From assembly GCA_965223795.1 (NCBI GenBank), contig CBDCXL010000002.1, positions 2,816,001 to 2,880,000 of the forward strand: DNA of 64,000 nucleotides, in the 5' to 3' direction. The number at the start of each line of letters is the position of its first letter. The first letter of the stretch is position 1. The notes beneath the pieces are model-generated. The model had not been told where the DNA came from, ran no database searches, and worked only from the letters and a program-made list of their open reading frames with translations. Made by a program: the position numbers and the translations under genes. The DNA comes from Nitrospinales bacterium. GTDB lineage: Bacteria > Nitrospinota > Nitrospinia > Nitrospinales > VA-1. Shown one piece after another: positions 20,223 to 28,439 of the stretch.

Positions 20223-21368
20223 TCAATCCGCCTCGATGAACTCCAGGATGACGGAATCGGCCAGGTACAGGCCTTCGGGCGACAGGGCCAGCCGCCCGCC
20301 TTCCCGCGTGATGAGGTTTTTCGCTTCCAGCCCGCGCACGGTGTCGCCGTACGCCGCGTCGAAGGAGGTGCCGAAGCGCCGCTCGAACGCGTCGATGGGC
20401 ACGCCGTCGAGCAGCCGCAGTCCCAGCATGAGCGTCTCGCCCATCGCCTGACGCGGTTTGAGCCGTTCGGCGAATTCGACGGCTTCTCCCTTTTGCTCGA
20501 TGTCGCGGATGTAATGCGAGGGCAGGGCGGTGTTCTTGAAACGCGCGCCGCCCAGGTGCGACACGGCTCCCGCGCCGAGACCCAGGGTGTCGCCGTTGTG
20601 CCAGTAGGTCAGGTTGTGGCGGCAGGCGAAGCCCGGCTTGCCAAAATTGGAGATCTCGTAATGCTCGTACCCCGCATCCTTGAGCACGGCGAGGGTTTTT
20701 TTGTAGAGCGCGAGCTGGTGCTCCTCCGGCGGCATGGTGAGCTTTCCCTGTTCGTGCAGTCTGTGAAACGCGGTGCCCGGCTCGATGGTGAGGTTGTAGG
20801 TGGACAGGTGCGGCGGATCGAAAGCCAGCGCCTTATTTAGATGCCCCTCCCATGTTTCCAGCGATTGGCCCGGAAGGGCGAACATGAGATCGAGGGAAAA
20901 ATTGTCGAAGCCCGCCTCTTTGATGGCCGCTACGGTGCGGTGCACGTCGGCGACGTCGTGGATGCGTTCGAGCAGTCTGAGTTCGTCTGCGTCGAAGGAC
21001 TGCACGCCGACGCTGATGCGGTTCACCCCGGAGCGGCGCAGGGTTTTCAGGGCGTCCGGCGTCAGGGTGGCGGGATTGGCCTCGACGGTGATCTCGCAAT
21101 CGGGATCGATTGTAAAATGGTCGCCGCAGGCTTCTAGGATCGCTTCCAGGGAAGCCGGGGGCAGGGTGGTGGGGGTGCCGCCGCCCAGAAAGATCGAGTG
21201 CAGCCGCGGGCGGTTCTCAGTACCCTGCGCCCGGTGCGCCATCTCGTTCACCAGTGCGGCCACGTAGGCGCTGGTTTCCCCGTGATTTACGGGATGCGAG
21301 TTGAAATCGCAGTAGCCGCATTTGTGGACGCAGTAGGGAATGTGGATGTATAAACCCAGCGAGTTCAT
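20223..21368 (-). CDS. hemW: Radical SAM heme chaperone HemW
   Basis: LYIHIPYCVHKCGYCDF, GGGTPT, YEISNF, HNLTYW. Confidence 0.92.
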   Translation of the reverse strand: MNSLGLYIHIPYCVHKCGYCDFNSHPVNHGETSAYVAALVNEMAHRAQGTENRPRLHSIFLGGGTPTTLPPASLEAILEACGDHFTIDPDCEITVEANPATLTPDALKTLRRSGVNRISVGVQSFDADELRLLERIHDVADVHRTVAAIKEAGFDNFSLDLMFALPGQSLETWEGHLNKALAFDPPHLSTYNLTIEPGTAFHRLHEQGKLTMPPEEHQLALYKKTLAVLKDAGYEHYEISNFGKPGFACRHNLTYWHNGDTLGLGAGAVSHLGGARFKNTALPSHYIRDIEQKGEAVEFAERLKPRQAMGETLMLGLRLLDGVPIDAFERRFGTSFDAAYGDTVRGLEAKNLITREGGRLALSPEGLYLADSVILEFIEAD

Positions 21369-21543
21369 GGTAAAATTTAAGTGTCGGCCCCTTTCTGCCG
21401 GGAAGCGGGCCCTTTTTCCGTGGTTTTTTCGATCGACTCCGCCTGCCGGAATGCGCCCGAAACGGCATCCCTGTAAGGGGTTGGGCCCGCCGGATCAGTG
21501 TACACTGGATGGCCTGGAGCGTGCGAATTTTAATGGACACTCT

Positions 21544-22461
21544 GTGATAAGGGAAGCGGTTTACAGATCCGGATACGTCAGCATCATCGGCAAGCCCAAT
21601 GTCGGGAAATCCACGCTGCTCAACCGGCTGGTGCCGAGGAAGATCGCGGCAATGTCCGGCAAGCCTCAAACGACCCGCAACAAGATCACCGGCGTGGTGC
21701 ACCTGCCCAGAGGGCAGATCATTCTGCTGGACACGCCGGGAATCCACCAGTCTTCGGCCAAGCTCAACCAGTTGATGGTGCGGGCGAGCCTCAGCACGCT
21801 CAACGACGTCGATCTGATCGCGTTCGTGATCGACGCGAAGGACGGGTTTCGGCCCGAAGACGAATTCGTGCTGGCGGAGCTTGAGAAGGTGCCGGCGCCG
21901 AAGATCCTGGTGATCAACAAGATCGACCTGGTGCCGAAGCCCAAGGTCCTGGGGCTGATGGCCGAGATGAACGATCGCGCGGCGTTCGATGAGATCGTGC
22001 CGGTCTCGGCGCTGCACCGCGACGGGCTGGATCTCCTCGGCGAGGTGGTGCTCAAGCGCCTGCCGGAAGGGCCGCGCTATTTCCCGGAGGATATGATCAC
22101 CGACTGCCCGGAGGAATTCCTCATGGGAGAGATCATCCGCGAGAAGATCATCCATCTGACCCATCAGGAGCTGCCCTATTCGGTGGCGGTGGTCGTGGAC
22201 TCGGTTGAGGAGAACGAACGCGGCGTGCTGATGCTGGACGCGACGGTGATCGCCGAGAAGCCGTCGCAGAAGAAGATTCTCATCGGCAACAAGGGCGCCA
22301 TGCTGAAGAAGGTGGGCACGCTGGCGCGCAAAGAAATCGAGAAACGTTTCGGCATCAAAACCTATCTAAGATTATTTGTGAAGGTCCAGTCCCGCTGGCG
22401 CGAGGACGACCGGTCCATTCAGGAGTTCGGATACGCGTATGATTCATATAAAGAGCGATGA
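21544..22461 (+). CDS. era: GTPase Era
   Basis: GKPNVGKSTLLN, PQTTR, DTPG, NKID, KH domain; start moved to in-frame GTG 21544. Confidence 0.95.
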   Translation: MIREAVYRSGYVSIIGKPNVGKSTLLNRLVPRKIAAMSGKPQTTRNKITGVVHLPRGQIILLDTPGIHQSSAKLNQLMVRASLSTLNDVDLIAFVIDAKDGFRPEDEFVLAELEKVPAPKILVINKIDLVPKPKVLGLMAEMNDRAAFDEIVPVSALHRDGLDLLGEVVLKRLPEGPRYFPEDMITDCPEEFLMGEIIREKIIHLTHQELPYSVAVVVDSVEENERGVLMLDATVIAEKPSQKKILIGNKGAMLKKVGTLARKEIEKRFGIKTYLRLFVKVQSRWREDDRSIQEFGYAYDSYKER

Positions 22462-23203
22462 AGAAATCGAGGTCATGAAGGAATCCTGCCGCCTGGCGGC
22501 GGAGGTGCTGATCATGATCGAGCCCTATGTGAAACCGGGCGTGACGACGGACTACCTCAACAATGTCTGCCACGATTACATCGTGTCGAAGGGCGCGACG
22601 CCGTCCCCGCTCAATTACCGGGGGTTTCCCAAGAGCATCTGCTCTTCGGTGAACGACGAGATCTGCCACGGCATTCCCTCGGACCGCAAGCTGCGCAACG
22701 GCGACGTGGTGAACCTGGACATCACCACCTACTTCAAGGATTTCCACGGCGACACCAGCAAGACGTTTTTCGTCGGTTCGCCGCGGGCGAAAACCTCCAA
22801 GCTGGTGGAGACCTGCCGGGAAGCGCTGCAGCGCGGCATCGAGGCGGTGAAACCGGGCGCCCGCACCGGCGACATCGGCCACGCCATCCAGAAATTCGTG
22901 GAGCCCAGGGGCTACTCCATCGTGCGCGAATTCTGCGGCCACGGGATCGGAAGGAACTTTCACGAAGAGCCACAGATCCTGCATTTCGGCCGGCCCGGCG
23001 AAGGGGTGGAGCTGAAACGCGGCATGGTGTTCACCATCGAACCGATGATCAATCTGGGGCAGCCCGATCTCAAGATCCTGCCGGACAAATGGACGGCGGT
23101 CACGAAAGACGGTTCGATCTCTGCCCAGTTCGAGCACACCCTGTGCGTCACCGCGGAAGGCGCGGAGGTGCTCACCCGCCTGGACGGCAAGACCAGTTTC
23201 TGA
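22439..23203 (+). CDS. map: Methionine aminopeptidase type I
   Basis: SVNDEICHGIP, GDTS, CGHGIG..FHEEP, TIEPMIN, QFEHT. Confidence 0.97.
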   Translation: MIHIKSDEEIEVMKESCRLAAEVLIMIEPYVKPGVTTDYLNNVCHDYIVSKGATPSPLNYRGFPKSICSSVNDEICHGIPSDRKLRNGDVVNLDITTYFKDFHGDTSKTFFVGSPRAKTSKLVETCREALQRGIEAVKPGARTGDIGHAIQKFVEPRGYSIVREFCGHGIGRNFHEEPQILHFGRPGEGVELKRGMVFTIEPMINLGQPDLKILPDKWTAVTKDGSISAQFEHTLCVTAEGAEVLTRLDGKTSF

Positions 23204-23347
23204 AAACCATCATTTTCTGCGCCGCCGCTTGTTGATCGGTGTTTTCGAAACGGCGGCCGCAGCCTGCATGGCAAGCCCTGCGGAGCCTGTCTATTCAGGC
23301 TTTAAAGCCCCCGCAGGGTTTTCGTAATTCCACTGCGTGTTCCCTCC

Positions 23348-23362
23348 TGATATTTGTTCTCA
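23348..23362. promoter_or_regulatory. Putative Fur box upstream of bfr
   Basis: TGATATT-T-GTTCTCA, 7-1-7 resemblance to TGATAAT-N-ATTATCA. Confidence 0.5.
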
Positions 23363-23499
23363 CTTTGAAAATCATGAGTAAGTCTTTTAAAAATAGCGCT
23401 TTGAAAAGCTATTGCGTTTTGTTAGCTTGATGCTGACACCCGTTATTAAACTGCCCGCAACAGGGGTGCGTTCACTTTTACCATTCAGGAGGAAACACC

Positions 23500-23970
23500 A
23501 TGCAAGGGGATGCCAAAGTCATTGAAGCGCTGAACGATGTTCTGATGGCGGAGCTGACGGCGATCAATATTTATTACATTCATTACAAGATGCAGGAGAA
23601 CTGGGGCTACAAAAAGCTCGCCCACCATTCACGCGAAGAATCGATGGGGGAGATGAAGCACGGAGACCAGATCATCGAGCGCATCCTGTTTCTGGACGGG
23701 ACGCCGAACATGGCGCGCTACGACGAGATTCTGGTGGGCGACACCTGCGAGGAGCAGCTCAAGAACGAATACACGATCGAGACCAAACACGTGAAGCGGC
23801 TGCAAGGTCATATTCAGCTCTGCATCGATAAGAAGGATTTCGGCACCAAGGAGATGCTGGACAGAATCCTGGAAGAGACGGAAGAGAGCGTGGACTGGCT
23901 GGAAACCCAGTTCCAGCGCATCAAGGATGTGGGCATCGAAAATTACCTGGCCGAACACATGCACGAGTGA
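23500..23970 (+). CDS. bfr: Bacterioferritin (atypical ferroxidase ligands)
   Basis: MQGDAKVI, ELTAIN.Y, EMKH, ERILFLDGTPN, DWLETQ; AGGAGG RBS. Confidence 0.93.
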   Translation: MQGDAKVIEALNDVLMAELTAINIYYIHYKMQENWGYKKLAHHSREESMGEMKHGDQIIERILFLDGTPNMARYDEILVGDTCEEQLKNEYTIETKHVKRLQGHIQLCIDKKDFGTKEMLDRILEETEESVDWLETQFQRIKDVGIENYLAEHMHE

Positions 23971-23984
23971 CCGCAAAAGACACG

Positions 23985-24014
23985 CGCGGGAACCGTCCGC
24001 GGACGGTTCCCGCG
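23985..24014. terminator. Perfect 30-bp palindrome between convergent bfr and fur; likely bidirectional terminator
   Basis: CGCGGGAACCGTCCGCGGACGGTTCCCGCG with A-run before and T-rich tract after. Confidence 0.7.
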
Positions 24015-24048
24015 TGCGCCGCTTTTACTTTCTTCTCTGTTTGCCGAC

Positions 24049-24501
24049 TCAAAGGTCCCGAGCGTTTTCTTCACGGCATTGCGGACAGATTCCGCTGATG
24101 TCCATGCGGTGATGGCTCAGGGCGAAGCCAAAGGACTGGCAGACCTCCTGTTGGTATTTTTCGATGAGCGGGTGCTCAAACTCCACAATTTTTCCGCACC
24201 GCACGCAGGTCAAGTGGTCGTGGTGCCCCTGCCTGTAGAGTTTTTCAAAGTACTTCTTGCTTTTCGGCCCGGCGCCGTCGTGCTCGCGCACCAACCCGCA
24301 TTCGGTCAGGAGGTTCATGGTGCGGTACACGGTGGCGATGCCGAGGGAAGGATCTTTCTTTTGCACCGCATTGTGCAGTTCTTCGATTCCCACATGCCCC
24401 TTGAACTGCAAAAACACCTCCAGCACAATTTTCCGCTGCAGCGTCCACCGCAAACGGTGCTCCTTCAGGAAATCCCTGAAAATCTGGGTCTCTCCCAGCA
24501 T
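24049..24501 (-). CDS. fur: Fur-family transcriptional regulator
   Basis: T.QR, GIATVYRT, HHDHLTCVRCG, CPQC; start taken at ATG 24501. Confidence 0.9.
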   Translation of the reverse strand: MLGETQIFRDFLKEHRLRWTLQRKIVLEVFLQFKGHVGIEELHNAVQKKDPSLGIATVYRTMNLLTECGLVREHDGAGPKSKKYFEKLYRQGHHDHLTCVRCGKIVEFEHPLIEKYQQEVCQSFGFALSHHRMDISGICPQCREENARDL

Positions 24502-24522
24502 GGGGCGCTCCAAAAATATAAA

Positions 24523-24537
24523 TGAGATTCATTATCA
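24523..24537. promoter_or_regulatory. Putative Fur box upstream of fur (autoregulation)
   Basis: TGAGATT-C-ATTATCA. Confidence 0.7.
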
Positions 24538-24706
24538 TTATTTTGGTTCCGCACGCAATGAAAAACTGGTGGAAGCTGCGATGCGCAGGGAATTTTGCGG
24601 GGCTGGCAGGGGAGTGGTGTCTAAACCCATGATTTTGATGATATAAAAAATTTTCACTTCGGCATTATTTTTTGTTGACGAATTCGGAGAAAGTGGTTAT
24701 TATTAT

Positions 24707-24721
24707 TGAAAATCGTTCTCA
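24707..24721. promoter_or_regulatory. Putative Fur box upstream of the 2Fe-2S protein gene
   Basis: TGAAAAT-C-GTTCTCA inside palindromic TTATTGA...TCAATAA. Confidence 0.65.
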
Positions 24722-24747
24722 ATAAAGATTTCCGGGTAAAAAACAAT

Positions 24748-25002
24748 ATGTCTCGAGAAAACAGAACCATTCGAATTTGTTCCGGGGCGGGGTGCAAGGC
24801 CTGGGACTCCGAAAGCATGGCGCGCCAACTGGAAGGGCAGGCGGGCGGCAACGTCCGGGTCTGCCGGGTCGCCTGCATGAAAAAATGCGGCGGCGGGTTC
24901 AACGTGCTGGATTCCACCCGGCAGCAGGTCGTCAAGATCCGTCAGCCGGAAGAAGCGCTGCGTCTGTTCAACCTGCAGGAGCCGCAGGTGGCGATGGCCT
25001 GA
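24748..25002 (+). CDS. Thioredoxin-like (2Fe-2S) ferredoxin-domain protein
   Basis: ICSGAGC...CMKKC (Cx4C...Cx3C) spacing. Confidence 0.7.
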   Translation: MSRENRTIRICSGAGCKAWDSESMARQLEGQAGGNVRVCRVACMKKCGGGFNVLDSTRQQVVKIRQPEEALRLFNLQEPQVAMA

Positions 25003-25032
25003 GCGCCAATCCGCTTTTTTTTCTCATTAAAT

Positions 25033-25047
25033 TGAGAATGGGTATCA
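25033..25047. promoter_or_regulatory. Putative Fur box upstream of the receiver-domain gene
   Basis: TGAGAAT-G-GGTATCA. Confidence 0.55.
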
Positions 25048-25158
25048 AAATCATAAGCTGTGAAATGGTATTAATCGCAAAGGGTTGGGGCAGTTCGGCT
25101 CGAACTCGTCTCAGGTCCATCCGGTTTGACGTCCGCTTTTGCGGGCAGGAAGTGTGAC

Positions 25159-25587
25159 ATGCCTCTATCACCGAAACGAATTCTATTGATCGACGGCGAA
25201 CCGTTGAAGCGCGTTCCCATCGTCAGCATGCTCAAGCGGTTCGGCTACATCGTGCAGACGGCGAACCGGAGCCGGGAAGCGGACGATCTGCTGCGCAAGC
25301 AGCGGTTCGATCTGATCATCGTGAACGACCGCCTGGCGGACATTCCCGGCATGGAATTTCTGAAGCGGACGCAAAAAGAGAGCAGCGGCCGGGTGATCTA
25401 TCTGTCCAGCAAGGGCAGCGTTGAGGAATTCGTGCAGATCGTCCAGCTCGGGGTGTACGAATACGTCCGCAAACCCATCAGCCCGGTGCAGTTTGCGGTG
25501 ATCGTCTGCGACTTTTTTATCGAAAACCTGCGGGAATTCCAATTGCCGCCGGAAACGGCCGGTCCCACGCGGAGCATCGGGGCATGA
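25159..25587 (+). CDS. Stand-alone atypical receiver-domain protein
   Basis: RILLID, FDLIIVN, YVRKP; AGGA RBS before ATG 25159. Confidence 0.75.
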   Translation: MPLSPKRILLIDGEPLKRVPIVSMLKRFGYIVQTANRSREADDLLRKQRFDLIIVNDRLADIPGMEFLKRTQKESSGRVIYLSSKGSVEEFVQIVQLGVYEYVRKPISPVQFAVIVCDFFIENLREFQLPPETAGPTRSIGA

Positions 25588-25709
25588 GGATCGTCTGGGC
25601 GTTCAACGTCATCCTGGCCTTCGCCGCCCTGATTCTGATCGTCTCCGCCCTGGTCCGGCTGCTGTATTTCACGCTGCTGTCTGGAGAATTGTCGATCGCT
25701 GTGGGCTGA
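25584..25709 (+). CDS. Small membrane protein (41 aa)
   Basis: MRIVWAFNVILAFAALILIVSALVRLLYFTLLSGELSIAVG; ATGA overlap and GGAG RBS. Confidence 0.6.
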   Translation: MRIVWAFNVILAFAALILIVSALVRLLYFTLLSGELSIAVG

Positions 25710-25760
25710 CGCGCCTGCGTTCCCCAGCGCATAAGAAGTTTCACATTTGGGTTTTCAGCG

Positions 25761-25932
25761 TTCTAAAAACACGGGTGCGGGGAACTGCTGGAAACCCGAA
25801 GGGTGGAGGGGGGTTGCGCCCCCTCCGCTTGCTTTCTATCCGCACTCTTGCAACTCAGTTGTCAACGGATTCCCACTCACAAGGGGTTGTGGCCGGAAAC
25901 CCATCCCTCAGGGAATCCTTGCAAACTCACAC
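25761..25932 (+). ncRNA. Candidate structured RNA of unknown family
   Basis: Stems GGGTGCGG/CCGCACTC, GGAGGGGG/CCCCCTCC, GGATTCCC/GGGAATCC; repeated GGAAACCC and CTTGCAA(A)CTCA. Confidence 0.35.
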
Positions 25933-25972
25933 ACAACCGCTCGAACGCAGCTCGTTTTTTAAATTTTGTTAA

Positions 25973-25987
25973 TGAGATTTATTATCA
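25973..25987. promoter_or_regulatory. Putative Fur box
   Basis: TGAGATT-T-ATTATCA, nearly identical to the box upstream of fur. Confidence 0.65.
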
Positions 25988-26158
25988 AAAAAACGGTCCC
26001 GTTCGGGGCGTGCGGGCATTGTTCGCGCTCGATCAGGCAAACCGCAACTATCTGAACTCTATATAGTTAAAGACTCTCACTCGTTTTTTCTCCCGGTGGC
26101 AGCGGGATTTTCAGGTTAATTTCCTGAATCTCCTGATCTTTTTTAATTGAAAAAATAT

Positions 26159-26200
26159 TTGACAGGAAGGGCATTTTAAATATAATGACAACCATTCTCA
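26159..26200 (+). promoter_or_regulatory. Consensus sigma70 promoter with overlapping Fur-box-like site, upstream of the porin gene
   Basis: TTGACA 26159-26164, 16-bp spacer, TATAAT 26181-26186; TGACAAC-C-ATTCTCA 26186-26200. Confidence 0.75.
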
Positions 26201-26278
26201 AAATTGATCGCGCGTCGTTAGGTATTAATATTTGGATTTTAAGAACTTGAGCCTTTCAAAGGACTGAAGGAGGGAGGG

Positions 26279-27526
26279 GTGATGAAACGAAACTCCATTT
26301 TATGCACGATGCTGACCCTGTTGTTTTTATTGGGGACCACGCCGGTTTTCGGGCAGAGCGTCAGCGACCTGGAAAAAAAGATCGATCTGTTGTCCGATGA
26401 GATCGAAAGCCTGAAACTCGGTGGCGGCGGATCGAGCGCGCCCGACCGCGTCAAGATTCACGGCTACGGCGAGGTGCACTTCAATCACAAGCCGGGCGGC
26501 GGCCAGACCGAGATCGACAGTCACCGGTTCGTCATCGGCGTGCACGCCCAGCTGGCCGACTGGATCCACCTCAATGCGGAGATCGACTTCGAGCACGCGG
26601 CGCAGGAGCTGGAATTCGAGTTCGGTTACCTCGATTTCCTGTTGAACCCGGCGGTCAACGCGCGGGCGGGTGTGGTGCTGGTGCCGGTCGGATTTTTGAA
26701 CGAATTTCACGAACCGAACCTGTTCTGGTCCGTGGAGCGTCCGTTTTTCCACAACCGGATCATCCCCACCACCTGGTCCGCCGGCGGTGCGGGTATCTTC
26801 GGAACGCCCGCGGAAGGCATCAACTACCGCCTGTACGGAGTCGCCTCTTTGCAATCGTTGCGGCCCGCGGGGTTTGATGCCGGCGGCGGCAACGGCGGCG
26901 GCGGCAACTCCGGCCAGTTCACCGGATCGAGCGGCATCCGCAGCGGCCGTCTGCAGGTCAACGAGCGCATCGCCGAGGACTGGGCGGCCACCGGCCGGCT
27001 GGAAGTGGCGAAATGGGTTCCGGGGCTGCAGCTCGGCGTTTCCTTCTACGCGGGCAACACCACCCACGACATCATCGAGGAAGGCGGGTTCCTGTTCCTG
27101 ATCGAAGGCGACATGAAATACCGCTTGAAATGGTTCGAGATGAACGCCAGCATCGCCAACATCGACATCAACGATTCCGAGGCGATCAATGCGTTCTGCG
27201 CCAGCGCGGTGGGCAATTGTACGTCCGACGTCGCGGACAACATCTTCGGCTGGAACGTGCAGGCCGGCGTGCACCTGCCGCAGCTGATGGGCTGGAACAC
27301 CACGCACGATGTGGTGCCGTTCATCCTGTACGAGAAGATCCGGCCGCAGGACAGCCTGTCGGGTGTGGACAACCCCAACCGGGCGAACAACTTCGACGTG
27401 ATCACCGCGGGTGTGTCCTACCTGCCGATCCCGGCCGTCGCTTTGAAGATGGACTACCAGCACTTCATGCTCGGTGACAACACCACCACCGACCAGTTCA
27501 ACGTGGGGATCGCCTACATGTACTAG
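26279..27526 (+). CDS. Outer-membrane beta-barrel porin (OprO/OprP-like)
   Basis: Signal peptide, short coiled coil, GYGE.HF, EIDFEH, NEFHEP..F.SVERP, IIPTTW, aromatic C-terminus. Confidence 0.75.
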   Translation: MMKRNSILCTMLTLLFLLGTTPVFGQSVSDLEKKIDLLSDEIESLKLGGGGSSAPDRVKIHGYGEVHFNHKPGGGQTEIDSHRFVIGVHAQLADWIHLNAEIDFEHAAQELEFEFGYLDFLLNPAVNARAGVVLVPVGFLNEFHEPNLFWSVERPFFHNRIIPTTWSAGGAGIFGTPAEGINYRLYGVASLQSLRPAGFDAGGGNGGGGNSGQFTGSSGIRSGRLQVNERIAEDWAATGRLEVAKWVPGLQLGVSFYAGNTTHDIIEEGGFLFLIEGDMKYRLKWFEMNASIANIDINDSEAINAFCASAVGNCTSDVADNIFGWNVQAGVHLPQLMGWNTTHDVVPFILYEKIRPQDSLSGVDNPNRANNFDVITAGVSYLPIPAVALKMDYQHFMLGDNTTTDQFNVGIAYMY

Positions 27527-27542
27527 GCGTTTCTCCTCTCGG

Positions 27543-27601
27543 TCCCGGTATCTTGTGCCACGATTCTCCTCCAAGGGGCACAAGATGCCGGGATTTTTTT
27601 T
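27543..27601 (+). terminator. Intrinsic terminator after the porin gene
   Basis: 17-bp stem TCCCGGTATCTTGTGCC/GGCACAAGATGCCGGGA followed by T8. Confidence 0.8.
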
Positions 27602-27659
27602 CTCCCTCCCAGGTTTTCCCCCTATAATGAAGGGCTGTGGCTTTCTGGAAAGGGGTTTC

Positions 27660-28247
27660 GTGTTGAATTTCAGACAATCCAGGCGCGGCGCGGGGATTTC
27701 CGGCGTCCTGCTTTTCCTGCTGCTCTGGGCCTGGCCCGGCTTCGCCGAAGACGAGGAGAAGGTTCTCGACGTTCAGGTCTACCTCACCAAGAAGCAGGCC
27801 CTGGAGATCGCCTTTCCGGGTGCCGACAAGATCGACAAGGAACGCAAATGGCTGGATGAGAGCCAGGCCAAAGCCATCAGCGCGCTGCTGGGGCAGAAGA
27901 TCCACGAGAACCGGTTCACTTATTACGTGGGCAAGAAGGGCGGCAAGCCGATGGGCTACATGGTGATCGACCACATCATCGGCAAATCCTTCCCCATCAC
28001 CTTCATGGTGGTGCTCAACGTGGACGGCAGCGTGCGCGACGTCGAGGTGATGGTCTACCGCGAGCCGCGCGGCTGGGAAGTGCGCTACCCCAACTTCATG
28101 AGCCAGTTTTTCGGCATGAACGCGGGCTCGGATTTCAGGGAGATCAACTCCATCACCGGGGCGACCCTGTCCGTGCGTTCCATCACCCTCGGCGTGAAAA
28201 AGGCCGTTTCCGCCTACAAAGTGCTCTACCTGGATGCGGGCAAATAG
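27660..28247 (+). CDS. Exported FMN-binding domain protein
   Basis: Signal peptide; GK..PITFMV, YREPRGWEV, SITGATLS flavinylation-type motif; start approximate. Confidence 0.8.
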   Translation: MLNFRQSRRGAGISGVLLFLLLWAWPGFAEDEEKVLDVQVYLTKKQALEIAFPGADKIDKERKWLDESQAKAISALLGQKIHENRFTYYVGKKGGKPMGYMVIDHIIGKSFPITFMVVLNVDGSVRDVEVMVYREPRGWEVRYPNFMSQFFGMNAGSDFREINSITGATLSVRSITLGVKKAVSAYKVLYLDAGK

Positions 28248-28304
28248 CGCGGGCCGCGAATCCGCATCCGTCCGGATGCCCCAACCCCCCACAAAGAGGA
28301 CGGC

Positions 28305-28436
28305 ATGGCGCAGGATGACAACGATCCGGCAAAACGCAAAAAGGAACGGCTGAACTTTATCCTGCTCTTTATCGGTCTCGCGGTGGCGGGGTTTTCCTTC
28401 GCCTGGCACATCGTTCCCCTGTTTCTAGGGCCCTGA
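28305..28436 (+). CDS. Small single-TM protein (43 aa)
   Basis: GAGGA RBS; MAQDDNDPAKRKKERLNFILLFIGLAVAGFSFAWHIVPLFLGP. Confidence 0.6.
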   Translation: MAQDDNDPAKRKKERLNFILLFIGLAVAGFSFAWHIVPLFLGP

Positions 28437-28439
28437 CCC

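Noticed and set aside
25761..25932. Cobalamin riboswitch or 6S RNA
   Set aside because: No B12 box or GCCACTG/GGGAAG elements, and no long 6S-like rod with central bubble.
26028..26116. NiCo/czcD riboswitch (GATCAGGC...GTGGCAGC..GGGA fragments)
   Set aside because: Only scattered motif fragments; the four-way junction stems could not be built.
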